A program made the position numbers and the translations under genes. A model generated the notes under the pieces. That model ran no database searches. It was given only the letters and a program-made list of their open reading frames with translations, and was not told the DNA's origin. Positions 37,200 through 51,800 of a stretch of DNA of 64,000 nt are shown piece by piece (position 1 is the first letter of the stretch; each line of letters starts with the position of its first letter). The DNA comes from Patellaria atrata CBS 101060. Its lineage: Eukaryota. The stretch spans positions 553,557-617,556 of the forward strand of contig MU006093.1 in assembly GCA_010093705.1 (NCBI GenBank). The letters run 5' to 3'.

Positions 37200-40100
37200 G
37201 GGTATAAGTATCTTCCCTCTTCCACTTTGATTCCTCTTTCCTTTTCCTGTTTATCAGACAGAGATTTCTGCGAAGGCAGGAGTGACACAGCTTATAATTG
37301 GCGTCGTATTGGAGGGCTAGCGTTCTATTGCAGAGGAAGATAATGCATGTCAAATCTTGTTCGTTGGTCGTGCTTTATAGGGATTTCGCCTCTTATCATT
37401 TCCAGTTGGACTTTCTGCCCCATCTCAGCCCGTAAACGGTTTCTATGGTTTTATAATATTTTACAACATTTTCATTCTCGATACACTCATTCTCCTCAAC
37501 CGTCACTATCTAGAAGACCCGACAATATCACCGATTCTCTAAGTCCTTGCAAGAGTACTACACGACAGATTCTTGCTAGGCGAGTCCGTGGCTAACTCGC
37601 GCATACGCTGGATTTTAGTCGCTCTGCTGGACATCTGAGTATCTCTTTGCGAGGATGTCCAACATTTAGCCAGCACATTGGCGCAGCCTCTTCACTCAAC
37701 CAAGCAAAGAAACCTCTCCGTCTATTTGCTGATATTATTCTGGTGGATTCCCTTGCCGAATGTTCGTTCCGCATGAATTATATTCAGTTCATTGTCGCGG
37801 CCGGCTCCTAGACAGCCGTGGACTACATACCATGCCATGGGTACTGCATTCCTGGGGTCCTGCTTGCTATTACAGCGCGAGAAGATAGAAAGGATTCCGT
37901 TTCCTTTCCATGTCCGAACGGTCGCTATGTTCATTCTCTGCGGGTCAACTCCAAAGAAGAATTCCTTTGCTGGGTATGCTACCGGTGCACCATCGATGCT
38001 TCAGCTCGGCCGGAACATATTGGGGTGGTCGGTTTTTGTTAACTTTGGCCATCATGTCGGAGTGGTGGATGCTTGGAAAGAGACAAGGGTTTCAGTTCAT
38101 TGCTCCGCCTGCGCAACGCTCCTGGAAATGGATAGGTCCTATGCTAATTCCGCGCGCGAATTTCTACGAGACTTCAATTTGGCCGGTCCCCGCTTTCGAG
38201 ATATTTCCGTTACACACTAGTCCATCAAACAATTATCGCCCAAATTGTTGACGGGGATGGGATGGTGTTGCAGACCTTCGCTTGGGCGTTTTCGAGCTTG
38301 TTATTCCCTGTTGTGCTGCCGATGACGTTATCAGTATCGATTCTTCTGTGTGGAGAGATGCCATTCCTACGTCCCGTTTCTAGATAGATATGAGAGAATC
38401 ATTTGCTCTTTGGGTTGCATTGTTGAATCTTGAGCAGCGGCCCCGAACATTTGTTCCATTCGGCTCCTTTTGACCGACAATTTCTCGCTATTGGACTGAG
38501 CTCTCTCCAATACACGACGAACTATCTTGTGAAATTCGTATTGTTCTGGCACGGGCGCCTTTAAGATTACTTTAACATGCCCGAAAGAAAGGGGTCGGCA
38601 CCCAGAAACCTCACATTCCGATCGGATTCTGATGCAATATTCTTCTTGTTAGTTCCTCCAGCTATATCGAATGTGGTTCTAATTCTGGTCGCGATGCTGT
38701 TAGCACATCTCTGCACTATGTTCGGGTTATCCTATCGAGGACTAACGTGTTAATTGTTCATTGATTTGGCGGGCTACTTCAAACCCCGAAAACTGGCAAC
38801 CGCTCGGTCTCATACCAAGTCATTCCGAGAGAACAACTCCTTCATGGCCCGTGAGGCTTCGGCACCGCGTTCAATTAAGGGTAACAAATGGATAATATGC
38901 AACTCAGGTCTTGCAGCCTGGACTGAGCTATTGTTCTGGCTGCTGTGCCATCATATCGCTTCTCATCTACATGTCACTCTGATTGGAGACAATATTCATT
39001 TGTTGCTATGTTGTGGTGAGTTTGGTCTTTCATCTCGATATCTCGAACTTGTCTGCTGTCTGGGGTTGAAAAGCAAGACATCTTCCATTCTGGTCGTTCG
39101 GTACAGGATCACTCAGTACGTAAAGACATGTGTTTTCATTGCTGTGTTTGGCTTCGGAGATCTAACTGCACGACTATTGGGTCTTTGTTCGACCTCGGAC
39201 GCCCTAAGAAGTTCCTCGGTACGAGATGAAGTTGTATTTCCTTGTCCGGTCCGAAAACAGCTTTCATAAAGACGTGATTGTAGGACAGACGTTAGGAGCA
39301 GCTGAGTGAAAAATTGGCTGTCGTCCAGGGCCATCATTAGTATTAGTTTTGAGGCCGATCTAGGACCTGAAATACAGAGTGTTCTATTCTTCCGGCACAT
39401 TCATGCTCGCGGTCACAGACCCTATTATCAGAATCCACCGCTCTTCGGACGGGGGCTCTAGCTTACCCCTTAAATATTCATTGCTGGATGCTCGGTCTGC
39501 CTCCTGTGTGTGCTTCATAGTTACGCATTTCCTGGGCACCAGTAGCACTTCTGGCTGCGTCAATTCTTTTCAATATCAAAGCCGTCCTAGTAGGTCCTAT
39601 CCATATATTTCGATGACTCCACATTTTAAAAAGGGATTCTGATCGTTTCTTCGTTCGATATGACCTCATGTTTGCTCTGGTTACGCTATTCCTGGTAGTT
39701 CTATTCTGCCTCCAGCGTACAGAGGATTAAAGTTTTCTCAGAACACATGCTCTAGGGGTATGTTCCGTCTAACCTTGCTCGGTCCAAGACCACGAGGAGT
39801 ACACCGACTTGATGTTGCCCGGCAACCACCCCCCAGGTTCACTTCCCACACTTTTGGAAATATTCGTCCTTTCACTTCGTAATCTCGTGCAGGATCTTTG
39901 CGGATCATACGGCATTATGGCGCTCTGTCATTGATCCTTTTGCTACTTACTCTGCTTCCAGCGCTGCTAGGACCTCTGCTTGAGCCGCAAATATTATTTT
40001 TTGGGTATCTAGGGACCCCTGGATCCTTCCTCTAGTGGTTCTTCAAAGAACCTACGATCCACTCAAATATACAGTGGCTCTACTGGTAACGCTGATAGGA

Positions 40101-43100
40101 CGTTCGATTTTGGGATCTTCCTTAAGTAGATCACTTGAGAGAAGAGCATTTCTGGGAGTCCATCAAGTTCTCGGTTAATCAAGGTAAAACTGGACCATAC
40201 GCAAACCCGCTCGTATTGTGGTGTTTTTCGTATATCAACGTATACGGCTTGTCGAACCCCGAACTCACATTCGCGAGGCGCAATCATCCCACAAAGGTAT
40301 ACCATTCCTCCGCTGTGAGAGCTCCTGAGATCCCGGGTGGATTGAAACTGCTGGTTCGGATCCTTTAGAATACTGTGACGCGGACGAGATTTTTATTTCC
40401 ATTATAAATCAATGCGGTAGATGGCAAATGCGACCCGATAATTGCTAAGCCGTCTTGCCATAAACAGGTTCTCGACATTGCTACTATCCCCATTCCACAT
40501 CACTTTTGCTCAATCGATTGTGCTGGAGCTTGATCTCTGAGTCGATCTCGCTGAGTGGGTTTGCTCCTGCGCTACCAGCCAGCTCAGTGTGCTAATACAA
40601 TGGACGTACACAATTGCACAACTACATTTGGCTCGTGTTGTCCTCATTCACGCTGTGGGTACTTTAGGGTAACGAACCGGGAGGGCCCATCATTCATTAC
40701 AAGTAAAAGACAGATCACACAGGAATCTCTATGGCGATTTGCTTTTCCAGCTTGCTCCCTATGACCTTGTTCATGAAAATGGGTTTTTCGTATTCCGTGA
40801 CAGCCACGTTGGATTTCCTTCGGGTGCAGTTAGTTGGCCCCACAAATCGAAATAGAATCTTAGGCGACATTCCGGTTGTGCGGGTTTGGTGTCCAGGTTC
40901 TGATCCAATCCTTCGTTCAGTATTGGACAACCTATCGGAAGTCCACATATTTCACCGGATAACTGGTCTCCTTATTGCTGGGTCGTGTTGCCAGACGATC
41001 TACTACCCAATATCAGGATTGGGGTGGTTGCTTCTGAGCTATAAATGAAGCAAATGCTCGGTATATATACCTCTTTAGATGCGTTCCTCGATATTCAACA
41101 TTGCTGGGCCAGAATCTAAGACTATATATATATTCATCCTCGCCGTTATCAGAGTATAGCAGGAACAAGCTTAATAAGGATAAACATTCGGGCTCTCTGG
41201 TACTCTTCCCTGAAAGCATCTTGTTGGTGTGTCCGTTCTGGGAAAGGCTCACATATACCACCTCTTTCTTCGGCTGTTATGCTCAAATACATCAGACGAT
41301 TGGTCTTCGGTCACCGGCTAGATCCAACGGATTAGGGATGCTTAGATCTGTGTACACGTGGATATTCTGCGTCTCTTGGATGCACAATGTCGACCGTATT
41401 CCAGATCCTTGCATTACGAGAACAACGAGGAATGCGAGAGAAGCACACATTTCCAGTCTGTCTTTTGACAAATATCTGTGGGATGAATCCCATAAAAACA
41501 CCATCATGATGGAAAATTCCCTTCGGGCTAAGGATCTAGCTTATCCTGTCCTATTCTGCGGGACTGGCGCGACGTTCAATGGAAAAATCGTGGGTTTCAA
41601 TTATTGGACTCTCGGGGGGTTTTGTGAACAAAAAATATCGATTGAAATTCTACTATGGTCTCTGGGGGAAGTCTTAAAAACTTAGAGTCTACCGGAGATT
41701 AGTTCATCGAGCTCTTTGGAGTAATCTCGGTATTGGACGACATCGGGGCGTGGTCCCGCGATTGCTTCATCTCAGAGACGGGTTTTCCCCTTCCAAAGAG
41801 TGTCGTAACAGTGTGCGTGGAGAGAGAGCCCAAAAACACCCTTTAGCATTCGCCTAGGCCGCCAGTTTATGAGAGATTTCCTCGCCGAGTTCTAGTGTAT
41901 TGTATATTACATTGCCTAGATGTCAACACATGGTAGGGGTTGATCTGAAAGGCTGTGACTTTGATGCGGTGTTCAGTCACTAAAAGTAACGCTGTATTTC
42001 TGGAGAAATCTCTGGAAACCAGGAGTGAGGCATCGATATTCAGGTACGATCGTCGAAGCTCTATAGAGCTGCGTATCTTCCATTCACTCTGTGTCCTCCT
42101 TGACGAGGAGAAAAATGGCTATAAACCCTTTCCCTATGAGATGAGCATTAAACAACCTGAAAGCGAATTGGTTCATTCTTCGGCATATGAGGCGCATGTT
42201 TGGACATGACGTTCGGCCTTCCAGAATGATTAGCTCAATCGCTGCATCATGGCGAGGGATTAGTTTTCACCCGGTGACGCAGACATATTTTGGGCCTCTT
42301 CTTACATTGTTAGTTTCAGTTCCGCCGTCACTGCCGCTGATTCTACAGACTCTCTTCGACTCTAAACAAAGCTTGCACGGTATAGCCTTAGCTAACCCTC
42401 GATTGTATCGGATTTTCTGGGGAAAGGCGACGGATGAGCAACCCATTGTGTTTCTTTTTGCTAAGCCTCTCACGAGCAATTATGTCCTCTGAGATTGGAG
42501 TCATAGCAGAATGAGACGATGAATGCTATTTTTGAAGCAATCAGGAGTATAGGGGCGAGGTCGACTGTACTCATTGGCCAGCGCGAATTCCTTGGAAGAA
42601 TACAAGATAGTACTGTGGGGTTCCGCATTAGAGGTTTTCGGAAGGTTTTATTCAGGAAACTAGTAGTACATAAGGTTGTCTATGCTCAAGGAATCTGTGG
42701 TTCACCATCCTATCTATTTCTTGCAACTTTATTCTACCTACCCACGACAATTGTTGATCAAAGGATAAGACTACTGGACCAATTCCCGACGTGGAGGTCC
42801 GCTTTGTGTATGGGAAATTATTGAATCCCTAACCGAAGAAATATTGAAACTGGATCCTAGCGCAACGGATGCTCCACATCTGGACGCGATTGGAAACCCC
42901 AGTGTATCGCAGCGCTATTGGCCGCTGCCTTCACGATCTAGTGGGAAGTTATGTGTGGTGCGTTCTGTTTTCTCTTGAGAGTACCAATGGAGAATCGTCT
43001 AATGAAAGAGCAGGACGGAAGAGTGTCCTGTGATCCTGGAAGTTTTGCTCTAGATCAACGTTGCTATTTCATTTTAGCCTTCAGTTCCGTATCGAGATTT

Positions 43101-44620
43101 TTCCAAGTTTAGGGAGAAACAAAACAAAAAGGATGTTCAACGACATTAGAATTGCGCCTTTTTCGGGAAGTTAAGAAATAACCATATTGTTTTTCGGTAG
43201 CAGCGTGCTACAGTCTATTGGGAAATTCAGATTGGACTGCGAACCACCAAAGTAGCGTACTACCTCGTGAAGATTTCTAGGACGGGGCATGGAAAGCAGT
43301 ATGAGGAATGGAACACATTTTTGGAAAGATGAAGGGATCGAAAAACAATTTTCCGATTCAAGAACGTTTTTGCCGGCCTTCAGGGGTTCAAACCGTGTCA
43401 GCTCATAGTTCCGTATTTTGTTCTTACAACCGAGAGCGCTGTATCTTTGAGAGCGTTGGGTCTATCCGCATTCAATGTGACAGGTACATACACTGCAGGT
43501 CCTCTCTGCCACTAGAAAAGCTTGTCCAAGACGCCTTTCTTGTGGGTTCCCTGCATTGTCCAGACTATTACGAAATTTCCCCCCGGGCTGCCATTAGAAT
43601 ATATGAAGGCAATGTAATGATCTAGAGGTTCATAGCGTTCCCTATACCGGCGCAGCGATTGGTATTTCTGGTTCTTTAGGAAAAGGAGAGTATAAGGATA
43701 CTATCAGTAAAAGACTTTCTAACATATATCATACGGAAATCTTTTGGATTAGCTCCTAACCTTATTCGGGTTGAGATTAACGTTATGGCAAAGCTAGGCC
43801 CAGATACAAGCTCACTCGCGGTATTGGATATCACATCCATTCTTTAAGACTAAGTGCGATAGATTACATTCACCTGACAAGGAATTTCAATCCCTCACGG
43901 CTTTATCCTAGGTGGCGCCTGCAAAACCACATCAACATTATCTCGGCTGACAAGTGATGGACAGACGAAGGTAGCGAGTATACGGATCAATATCTCATTA
44001 TGCCTCCAGCTAAGAGTCCGCGATATCAAGACCATCATTGCAGCGCATGACACTTGTCGTAACCATCTTCCTGGTGTAAAGGGAATTGGAACTCGGAGAT
44101 TAAATGTTGCTTCAGCCTAGAAAGTCTAAAAGGCCTTGGATTCCGAAATATTCGCGGTTCTCCGTGCGCATTTATAATAAGCCTCCAGGTTTCCTTGACA
44201 TTATTCTCCCGTGCGAGAACGATAGTAAGAATGATTGTGCACCTTCTGGGTATAATTTAGAGCAAAAAAAACGTATCTCAACCCTTAGAGCGACATTGCG
44301 TTCTTTGAGGAAAGTTCCTATCACAGCCCTGGCTGATAGGAGTTGCTATAGCAGCTACAATCAATCTTTCATAAGGCGAGTACATTGAGATATATTGTCT
44401 CTGCGCAGAAACCAATGCTTCAACAACACATTGTAGTAACTTGCGACTTTCTCTCATTCGTACAATACGCCTGGACATATACCGCCTCGTATATTTCGCC
44501 TTGACGCCATTCTTGAATAGTTCAGTCCAAGTATTTCATTAGGGTTGCATGAGCATTATTCCGCCTCCACTGTTCTCCTGCTCACAGACATTGTTATAGG
44601 GGAGTTAGAAAGTACTCACG
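37200..44620 (-). pseudogene. Heavily decayed large GHKL-ATPase (sacsin/NOV-like) gene relic; boundaries approximate
   Basis: About 8 kb of coding-like composition without long ORFs. Manual minus-strand translation gives collinear degenerate motifs across frameshifts: ELFKNGVKAKY (~44491-44523), GF, VIG..VALRVEI (~44274-44294), LLDFL/RLKQ (~44106-44132), SILILSF/FPKEPEIPI (~43657-43702), YILMAARGEI (~43574-43603), LGQAF and *MRIDP (~43457-43474). Confidence 0.5.
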
Positions 44621-45977
44621 CCTGTTGGCCGATTACTACAGAGATTTATTCATGCGCTTGAACCGCAACTGACTTTCTCGCTTCTTGGGTTGTAACACTT
44701 CGGCATCTATTATACAATTCCGTTGTCCGGTTATTGGAGTTTTACTGTCCTCAGTTGGCTTGCCTGAATTCCATCGTAGGCAGTAATGAACTAGATGAGG
44801 TTATTCATTGGACCCTCTCGTTCCTGGAGGACCAGAAACTGGGTATATTCACGGGTAGACATTCATGATTGTAATTTTCGCTGAAATGATAGTACTTGGA
44901 ACCCATACGGTTGCGTTTCTCGATTGCATTTCAATTAACAATACCCGTTCCCTGTATCCTCAATGTGAACAACTTAGTTTGTAAGTACTTTAATCATTCA
45001 AGGATATCGCAACATTGCGATACCTGTCAAGGGGTATCCTAAAAGAAGCTCTCCGTATATTCAAATATGCAAGGGGTTCGGAAAAGCCATTCTATAACAC
45101 ATTGGGAAGATTTATTATTGCGACGCCAATGAAGAAATCAATGAGTAATGAATGGATTCGCCGGTCAGAAAGGGGTCTATTCAGTGCTAAAACTATGCAC
45201 AAGCATCAAATTGTGGACAGAAAGGCATTAAAGGTATGATCCCGCCGAGGTTAAATCCGATTCCCCCAGGAAGTAACAAAACACAGAATATCTATTGTGG
45301 ATTTGGAGAAATGTTTGATTTCATGACCCACTGAATCTTCAACATATGGGGTTGTTCTTTTTGCTCTGTACCTCCTATTACTGTTGTCGGGATGCAAACC
45401 TGGTCTGCCACAGAGACAAAACGGTCTACAAGACGTCCTTTCATTTGGAGGTGTTCCCTGGAACATGCATGTGAGTATCATTTTTATACCGATTATTCCC
45501 GGGTCCGTATTCACTTGAAAGACGACGATTTGGAAATGAAGAATTCGCTCCAAGTATCCCATGGACAGGATCTGGGGCGTTCATGTGGAACCCCCTGGGA
45601 CAATGGAATACTTGGTGAGTTGAAAAGTATTTCTGACAATTAATGCCGCGAATACACACTGCGTGGACGTAAAGCATCCAGCTATCACATTCTGGGTGTT
45701 CTTTTTTTAATGGTAGAGAAGTGTGCCTATTCGTTAGTCTACGCCGTAAGTCCCAAAGCGCAATAAGGTGAAGGGTGGTAAAGAACGAATTTGAATCGGA
45801 GGTACCTTCGTTAACTGGCCACGGATGATCTGCTTACGTTCTTCAGCTTTACGAAGCATGCATTCATTATCATCGGTTATTCTAATCAGGATTGGCATGT
45901 AACCCCAAAGTGGTCCTGCGCTTTTCAATACGTCGATTTACACCCGACCTCATTGGTAGACTCCCAAAGCGTATAAG

Positions 45978-48105
45978 TTAAACCATGAACTCCCACCCGT
46001 TCTCAATCATCACATCGAGCCAAAAGACGTTGCCGCCCTCTTGCTCTTCTTCAAGGATATCGAGTCCAGTTATGGCTGGATACTCATTGCCGGAAACTTC
46101 CATCACCATATTTTCACTGTTCCAACGGCCAGAAACTCTCTGGTATCGGTCGGCCGCAATCCTATCCATCTCTTCCCATACTTTATCCACAATCAGTAAT
46201 GCCATGCGCATTGGCTTTGGTGGAAGCACGTTCAGTAATGTGGTCAACCGGCCTTTCACGAATTGACGCATGCGGCTAGTTTCGACGACATGAATGGATG
46301 GGCACACAAAATCAGAGCCCAGTTCCTTAAGTTGTGGGGGTAGATGAGCATCTGTAATCATGATTGTATCTGAGAATGATGTAGGCATATGCAACTCGCT
46401 TGACAAGGCGACTAGGAGAAATGGTTGAAAATCCCTGGTTCCAGATTCGATTGGTATGGATTTGAGAAGAGCTAATGTAGAGAGTGTGAATGTTGTAAGC
46501 CAAGTCTTATAGTCTGTTTGGCATACTTTTATGGACTCTTCGAGGTGAGCTGCTGAACTAGAGATATTCAGATCATCTCTCTTCAAACGACGAGATAGAA
46601 TGTCTGGGAAGACGTGGTAGAGTTGTACTAGACCTGTACGACGGTAAATCTCTGCAAGATGGAGGAGATGCCAAATGGGCGTTTCGTGGTCTTCGGGGTT
46701 TAGGATCTCATTTTCCGAGGGATAGACAAGCGAGAGTAAGCGCGACTCGAGTTCACCAGCCAGTGCTAAAGAACGTTGGAGCCGAGTAATATGAGCTTTG
46801 GTTATGAATGTCTTTGAATGGACTTGAATTCGTTGTTGACGGATGAGTTTACCAACTTGCTGAAGTATTATTTGCGTCTCCTGTGCTATTCCTGACCAGG
46901 GGTGTGGTACTTGATGAGACGGTAGGATATTTCGGATAGGTAGACGTTTCGTACAGAAATCGAAAGAGTTATAGTCAGTTATAAAGGCTAGGAGCATCTC
47001 CCAGTATACTGTACATTCATGGAAGAATTGATTTCCGATGTATGTGCCTACAACATGTTCGTCGTGTATAATTGACTTGAGACGAGCGCGGTAGATATTG
47101 TAAATTGGAATCCCAAAATCCTTCGTATCAAGCCAATTACCACTTCCACCGAGCATTAATATTGCGAGGAGTGTTCGAAAATCTGGGTTGTTCTCCAGAT
47201 CTAATAGTGCTAGAGCTTCGCGACGCAGTTTCTGGCCCAGTGGCCCCATTTGAGGGAAGAGCTCTGTCAAATTTGCGGCTGCCATGCTTTGCATTGTCTT
47301 TTGAACCAGAGGAGATTTATCCCATATCTCGGCCACGGACGTGCGGAAAGGGTTCATTCTTCCGTCATAGATAGAGTATATCTTTGCTGTCTCCCTGAAG
47401 TATACATCTATCAAAGTGGATGACATAGTACTGATAGAGGGAACGATAGGAGCATGTGACATGTGCCATAACTGTTCTTTTACGGGCAACCTAAAGCTGA
47501 ATAAATTGAAAGGCAGTTCAGGATCATCATTTTGAAGAGGAAATATGACATTGTTGCCTCTCTTTGACTTTATATTCCTTGTGTTTGTTAAGAGGTCCGG
47601 GGAGATACTTGGAAACTCCTGCAACGGAAAGTCATGTTGTGCTGCAATTTCGGGCAACATACTATCGGTATTTTGGACCAAGGGACTAGAGGCTCCCTCA
47701 TCTAGATGTAACTGTTCCACGAGCGATTCTTGGCCGAGATCAAAGTCGAAAAGGTCATCAGTTGCGAGGTTGTCCTCCGGGGATTGAGTACTACCCTGCG
47801 GCAGCAGAGCTGACGGAATTATACCACTGTGACGATTGTGCTGAGAGCATTTAGATAATGGAGAACTTGTGATTTCTGCGTTTGAACTGAATGCTTCGTA
47901 TTTGGTACTCCATTTGAGGAGCCTTGTATATCCAGGGCATTGACCTCCGACTCTAACGCAACGCCCACATTGAGGCTTTGTTTCATCACATTTCAACTAC
48001 AGGGCCCACAGTTAGTTTCAGCTTATTGGAGTTGATATGGTTGGATAATACCTTTTGTCTCTTACACCTCAGACACCCGTTGCGAGACTTCTTAACGCCC
48101 TTCAT
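45978..48105 (-). CDS. Zn(II)2Cys6 transcription factor with fungal-specific TF domain
   Basis: Exon 1 MKGVKKSRNGCLRCKRQK, intron 47997-48051, then LKCDETKPQCGRCVRVGGQCPGY. NPFR...MAAA middle domain. Confidence 0.92.
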
Positions 48106-48888
48106 TGATGATTAATACTGATATGTGGGATTTGAATTTCAGATTAGTTACACCTATACTAAAATAATTGTGTGGAGGCGATCTAGTCCAGGATGACGCC
48201 GTTCACCGATAGACAATTTCGGAATAGCCCAAGCTATCAAGCTACTGTATATGAAGCAAGGTCAAAGAGTTGTACGTTGATTGGCTTGAAACAAACGATA
48301 GATAGGATTTTCTCCCCCCTCAAACATTTTCCATACCTTCAGTCGTTTGGAAAGTTCATTTGATATCGCATCAATGATTCTGTACGAAGCTGATGGTTTA
48401 CAACTGGAGGCATCATGGTGAGATGCGACTGACTCAACCGGTTTTTTGACGAAGACACTATGATAAAAGAGCAGGTGACAACGGGTGCGCAACAAATATC
48501 AGAATTGAGTTTGGAACCTGGTGGTGAGGTCAAGAATAATGGTGCCACTAGTTCTAGAACTATTCCTAAAATTGCCAATAAATGCGAATCGCACACAGTA
48601 TATTACGTAATCGGTACTAATACGAACCTCCTACCTTAAAATTATGTGGAAGTGGATTCAAAGACATGACTACGGTACTGTCCTGAGATTTGGCTAAGAA
48701 TTACAATCAGGAAATAGCACATCACATGCATTGGAAGGTGTAATGGGACAATCTTTGAATATTTGTCCCCCCAATTACCTCATTTTTGCAAGCCTAAGTT
48801 CATCAAACACCGCCGCAAATGCACTCATGATTTGATTTTAAGAGAGCCGTCCATAAGAACCGTAACTCATAGAACTACCCTGCTGTTA

Positions 48889-51800
48889 TTAGCCTCCGTA
48901 TACCATCTCCCTGAATCCTACTGGGACAGTCCAGTTGTGAGCCTGACAAGCGCGAATATACGCCTCAACTGCTTCTCCAACATTGTAGTCGCGGGGTGGA
49001 CCATTCTCCAACCGTGCAGGCCTCGGTTCTAGCGAAGATATGGCAAGGCGGACTTGAAGAAGTACTGACTCAATCGAAGAAACCGCAGACCATCCGTTGT
49101 TTGTGAGCAACTATTCAAAAGTTAGCCATATTCATATCGTCAACAAGGAAGGGATAACTCACTTCCATACAAAGAGCTCCACCAGCAGTGATATGTCCAC
49201 CACCGCCAGCCATGAAGCTCAGAAACCTCGGCCGAACGACGCGTACGAATGGTGGACTCATGGGGTAGTCACCACCAAAACGAAGCTCAAGAACAACACT
49301 CGTGATCTTTCTATCCTTCATGTCTCTAGCAAGAGGAAGATGGGGCTCGAATGAATGCAACTCGATTATCCACTGATACAGATTCTCGCAAAGCTCGGGA
49401 TCGACATACCAACCCAACTCATGTAGTGGAGTTGTCTCCTGTGTTTTAATTAGAGCTTTGAGATCTGCTGTGAGCCGCTTAGTGGCATGGATAGTCGCAA
49501 AAGCTGGTGGCTCGAGCCGCTGTAGTGTGCTTGAGTCCAAAGATCCTGGAACAAAGTCTGTCATGGCTTTTTCTGAAGCATTGCTTCCTATCGCAGCAGA
49601 TTCCTCCTCAAACAGGATCTCTAGATCCTCAATATCTGTATCAATGCTTTGAGTATCATCATCATAATCGTCATTAACAACAATGACTGTGTTAACTGTA
49701 TCATCATCATCGAGGACAATTGGATCGTTTGTGGTACCCGAATTTTTTGACTTTCCCTTGTCCTTGCTCTTAAAATTTCCAGCTGATCCTGGTGCTGGTA
49801 CTCGGTTGATGGTCACCGGCCTACGGGACTTGGAAACGGCACTTATGGGGATTACGATCGGTTCTCGGACACCAGTAGGTCTCATGATTGGATCTTGTTT
49901 GTACTCAATTGCCGGTCTGGATTCCTGAAAGTTCTTTGTTTCGGAGCTCTGGACAAAGAGATATCGCGTTTGAATCCACTCTAGTTGAGAAACAACGAGA
50001 TGGGGATCCTTCGAGACGTATTCACTCGGTGCGTTGACAATTTCGTTCAAGGCCAGTGCGCATTTGATTTTCAATTGACTGTTCGGCCAAATATACCCGT
50101 AGGCTTGTGACTGGAAGGAATACATATTAGAATATCCCATGCTAGTTTGATATTGCAGGGAATGGTACACCCCATTTCCGAAAGCACGGCCATGAGCAAT
50201 ATCATTGAAATGAAGACCTTCGCGGATGATGCTATGCCAATTCGCCAAAGAACTACCGTGCCAGGCAAAAAGAGTGGGATATGTCAAGCCCAGCCGAGCT
50301 GAAGTTTGCCGGACGGAATTCAAGAACCGCCTCTCTTTATCAGGCGCACCCATGGCGAAACGGAACTGGACCCAACCGCTCATCCCATAGACGCGTTCCT
50401 CAGCGTTCTTGTTCTTAGGTGCATTTTCAGTGACTTCCAGGTCGTCGACTTGAACGATGCACGCTCGATTAGAAGCTATGACCCATCGCAGAATCCCCAA
50501 AGCAGCCGGGGAGATGCGCTCTACCCATTTCTGCAAATCTTTCATGGGGTTCTGTAGAAGCCAACGTCGCATCTCCTGCACAGAAGGTAGCGTGTCTAGC
50601 ATATCACAAATAACATCTTGCTTTTGACGGGCGCTCATGAGATCAAAATTGATGTCATATATGTAGAAACTCGCAGGTACCAATCCTGGGGTCGTTGCAG
50701 GGGTGATTAATGGCCATTGCTCTACTGGGGCAGATAGGTTGCTTGGTCCATATGATCCCACATAGTGCTGCCTCGGATCATACGTATTTAGGGGTATAGG
50801 TCCAGTAACCTTTACAGTTGGGAAGAATGTAGTCTCAACTACACGACAGTGTAGGTGTGGCTCTTTCGAATTCGGTAACTGAATCACAATCCAGCTCCCA
50901 GGAGATACGGGACACGTCGCTTGAGTGTCAAAAATGAGCTCAAGGCGAGATCTATCAAATCGCATCTCATACACCTTTGGTTGTGTGATATTTCCGGCGG
51001 TAGCTGAAGGTGTCAGACTCGTCACAGATAATCCATTCGTGGGTGCCGTATAGTAACCTGGTACAGCGTAGTTTGCCTTCGGCGGAAGGGGTGGAGGAAC
51101 TAACAATGCCAGGCCGGATGGGAAATCTTTGAGTTTCAGGGAGCGCGCACTAGCGTAACAGAAACTGACAAGTAGGTCGACCACGTGAGGTTGCGCTATG
51201 ATCTCATGCTCGATACTTGGTCCAAATCCCAAACTCATATATTGATATAGACAGAGTGGACTATCGCAAACGTACGGCTTAAGCGCTTCGAGATCGTTTT
51301 CTAGCTTTGTGTGGCAATTCAAGCAAAATTCCGTACATCGAACAAAATGCCGAAGCATATATTGCATCGCAATTAGAGGAAAGGAGTGAATATGAGACAT
51401 ATTGTTTTCTCGTATGTGATCTGCGTTGACTATCGAAGGATATGCTGGATTGATTTGTTCATCGATGATGTACTTATCATTCAGCATATCACTGTTCGTA
51501 GTATGTATTCCCATATGTTCCTGATAGAATGCCTCCGCACCTCGCCACGTCATGCCCATGTATCGAGTGTTTATAAGGTAGATCAATCGTTCATTCAAGA
51601 GGCCATTAAGAGGTTTAGAGATGAATGTTTCTCGGAAATCCTCCAAGTAAGGATCTTCGGTCTTGGAACGAGAGGAATTCTTAGTGATATCACTAGTGTG
51701 CTTCGATAACTCTGCGAAGATCCGAATCGCTTCGCCCAGGGACGGTTTGTACGTTGGACCTATGGCAACCCGCATTTTGACCTCATCCTTACTCCCTCCC

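Noticed and set aside
41101..41685. Plus-strand ORFs of 140-194 aa in the 37-45 kb region (also 38754-39269 and 37792-38220)
   Set aside because: They have no protein-like motifs, mostly lack ATG starts, and lie antisense to the decayed gene.
37000..45900. Transposon, Starship or endogenous virus as the explanation for the ORF desert
   Set aside because: I saw no LTR/TIR, reverse transcriptase, integrase, transposase, tyrosine recombinase or RdRp motifs, and no RIP-like AT enrichment. This was judged by eye only.
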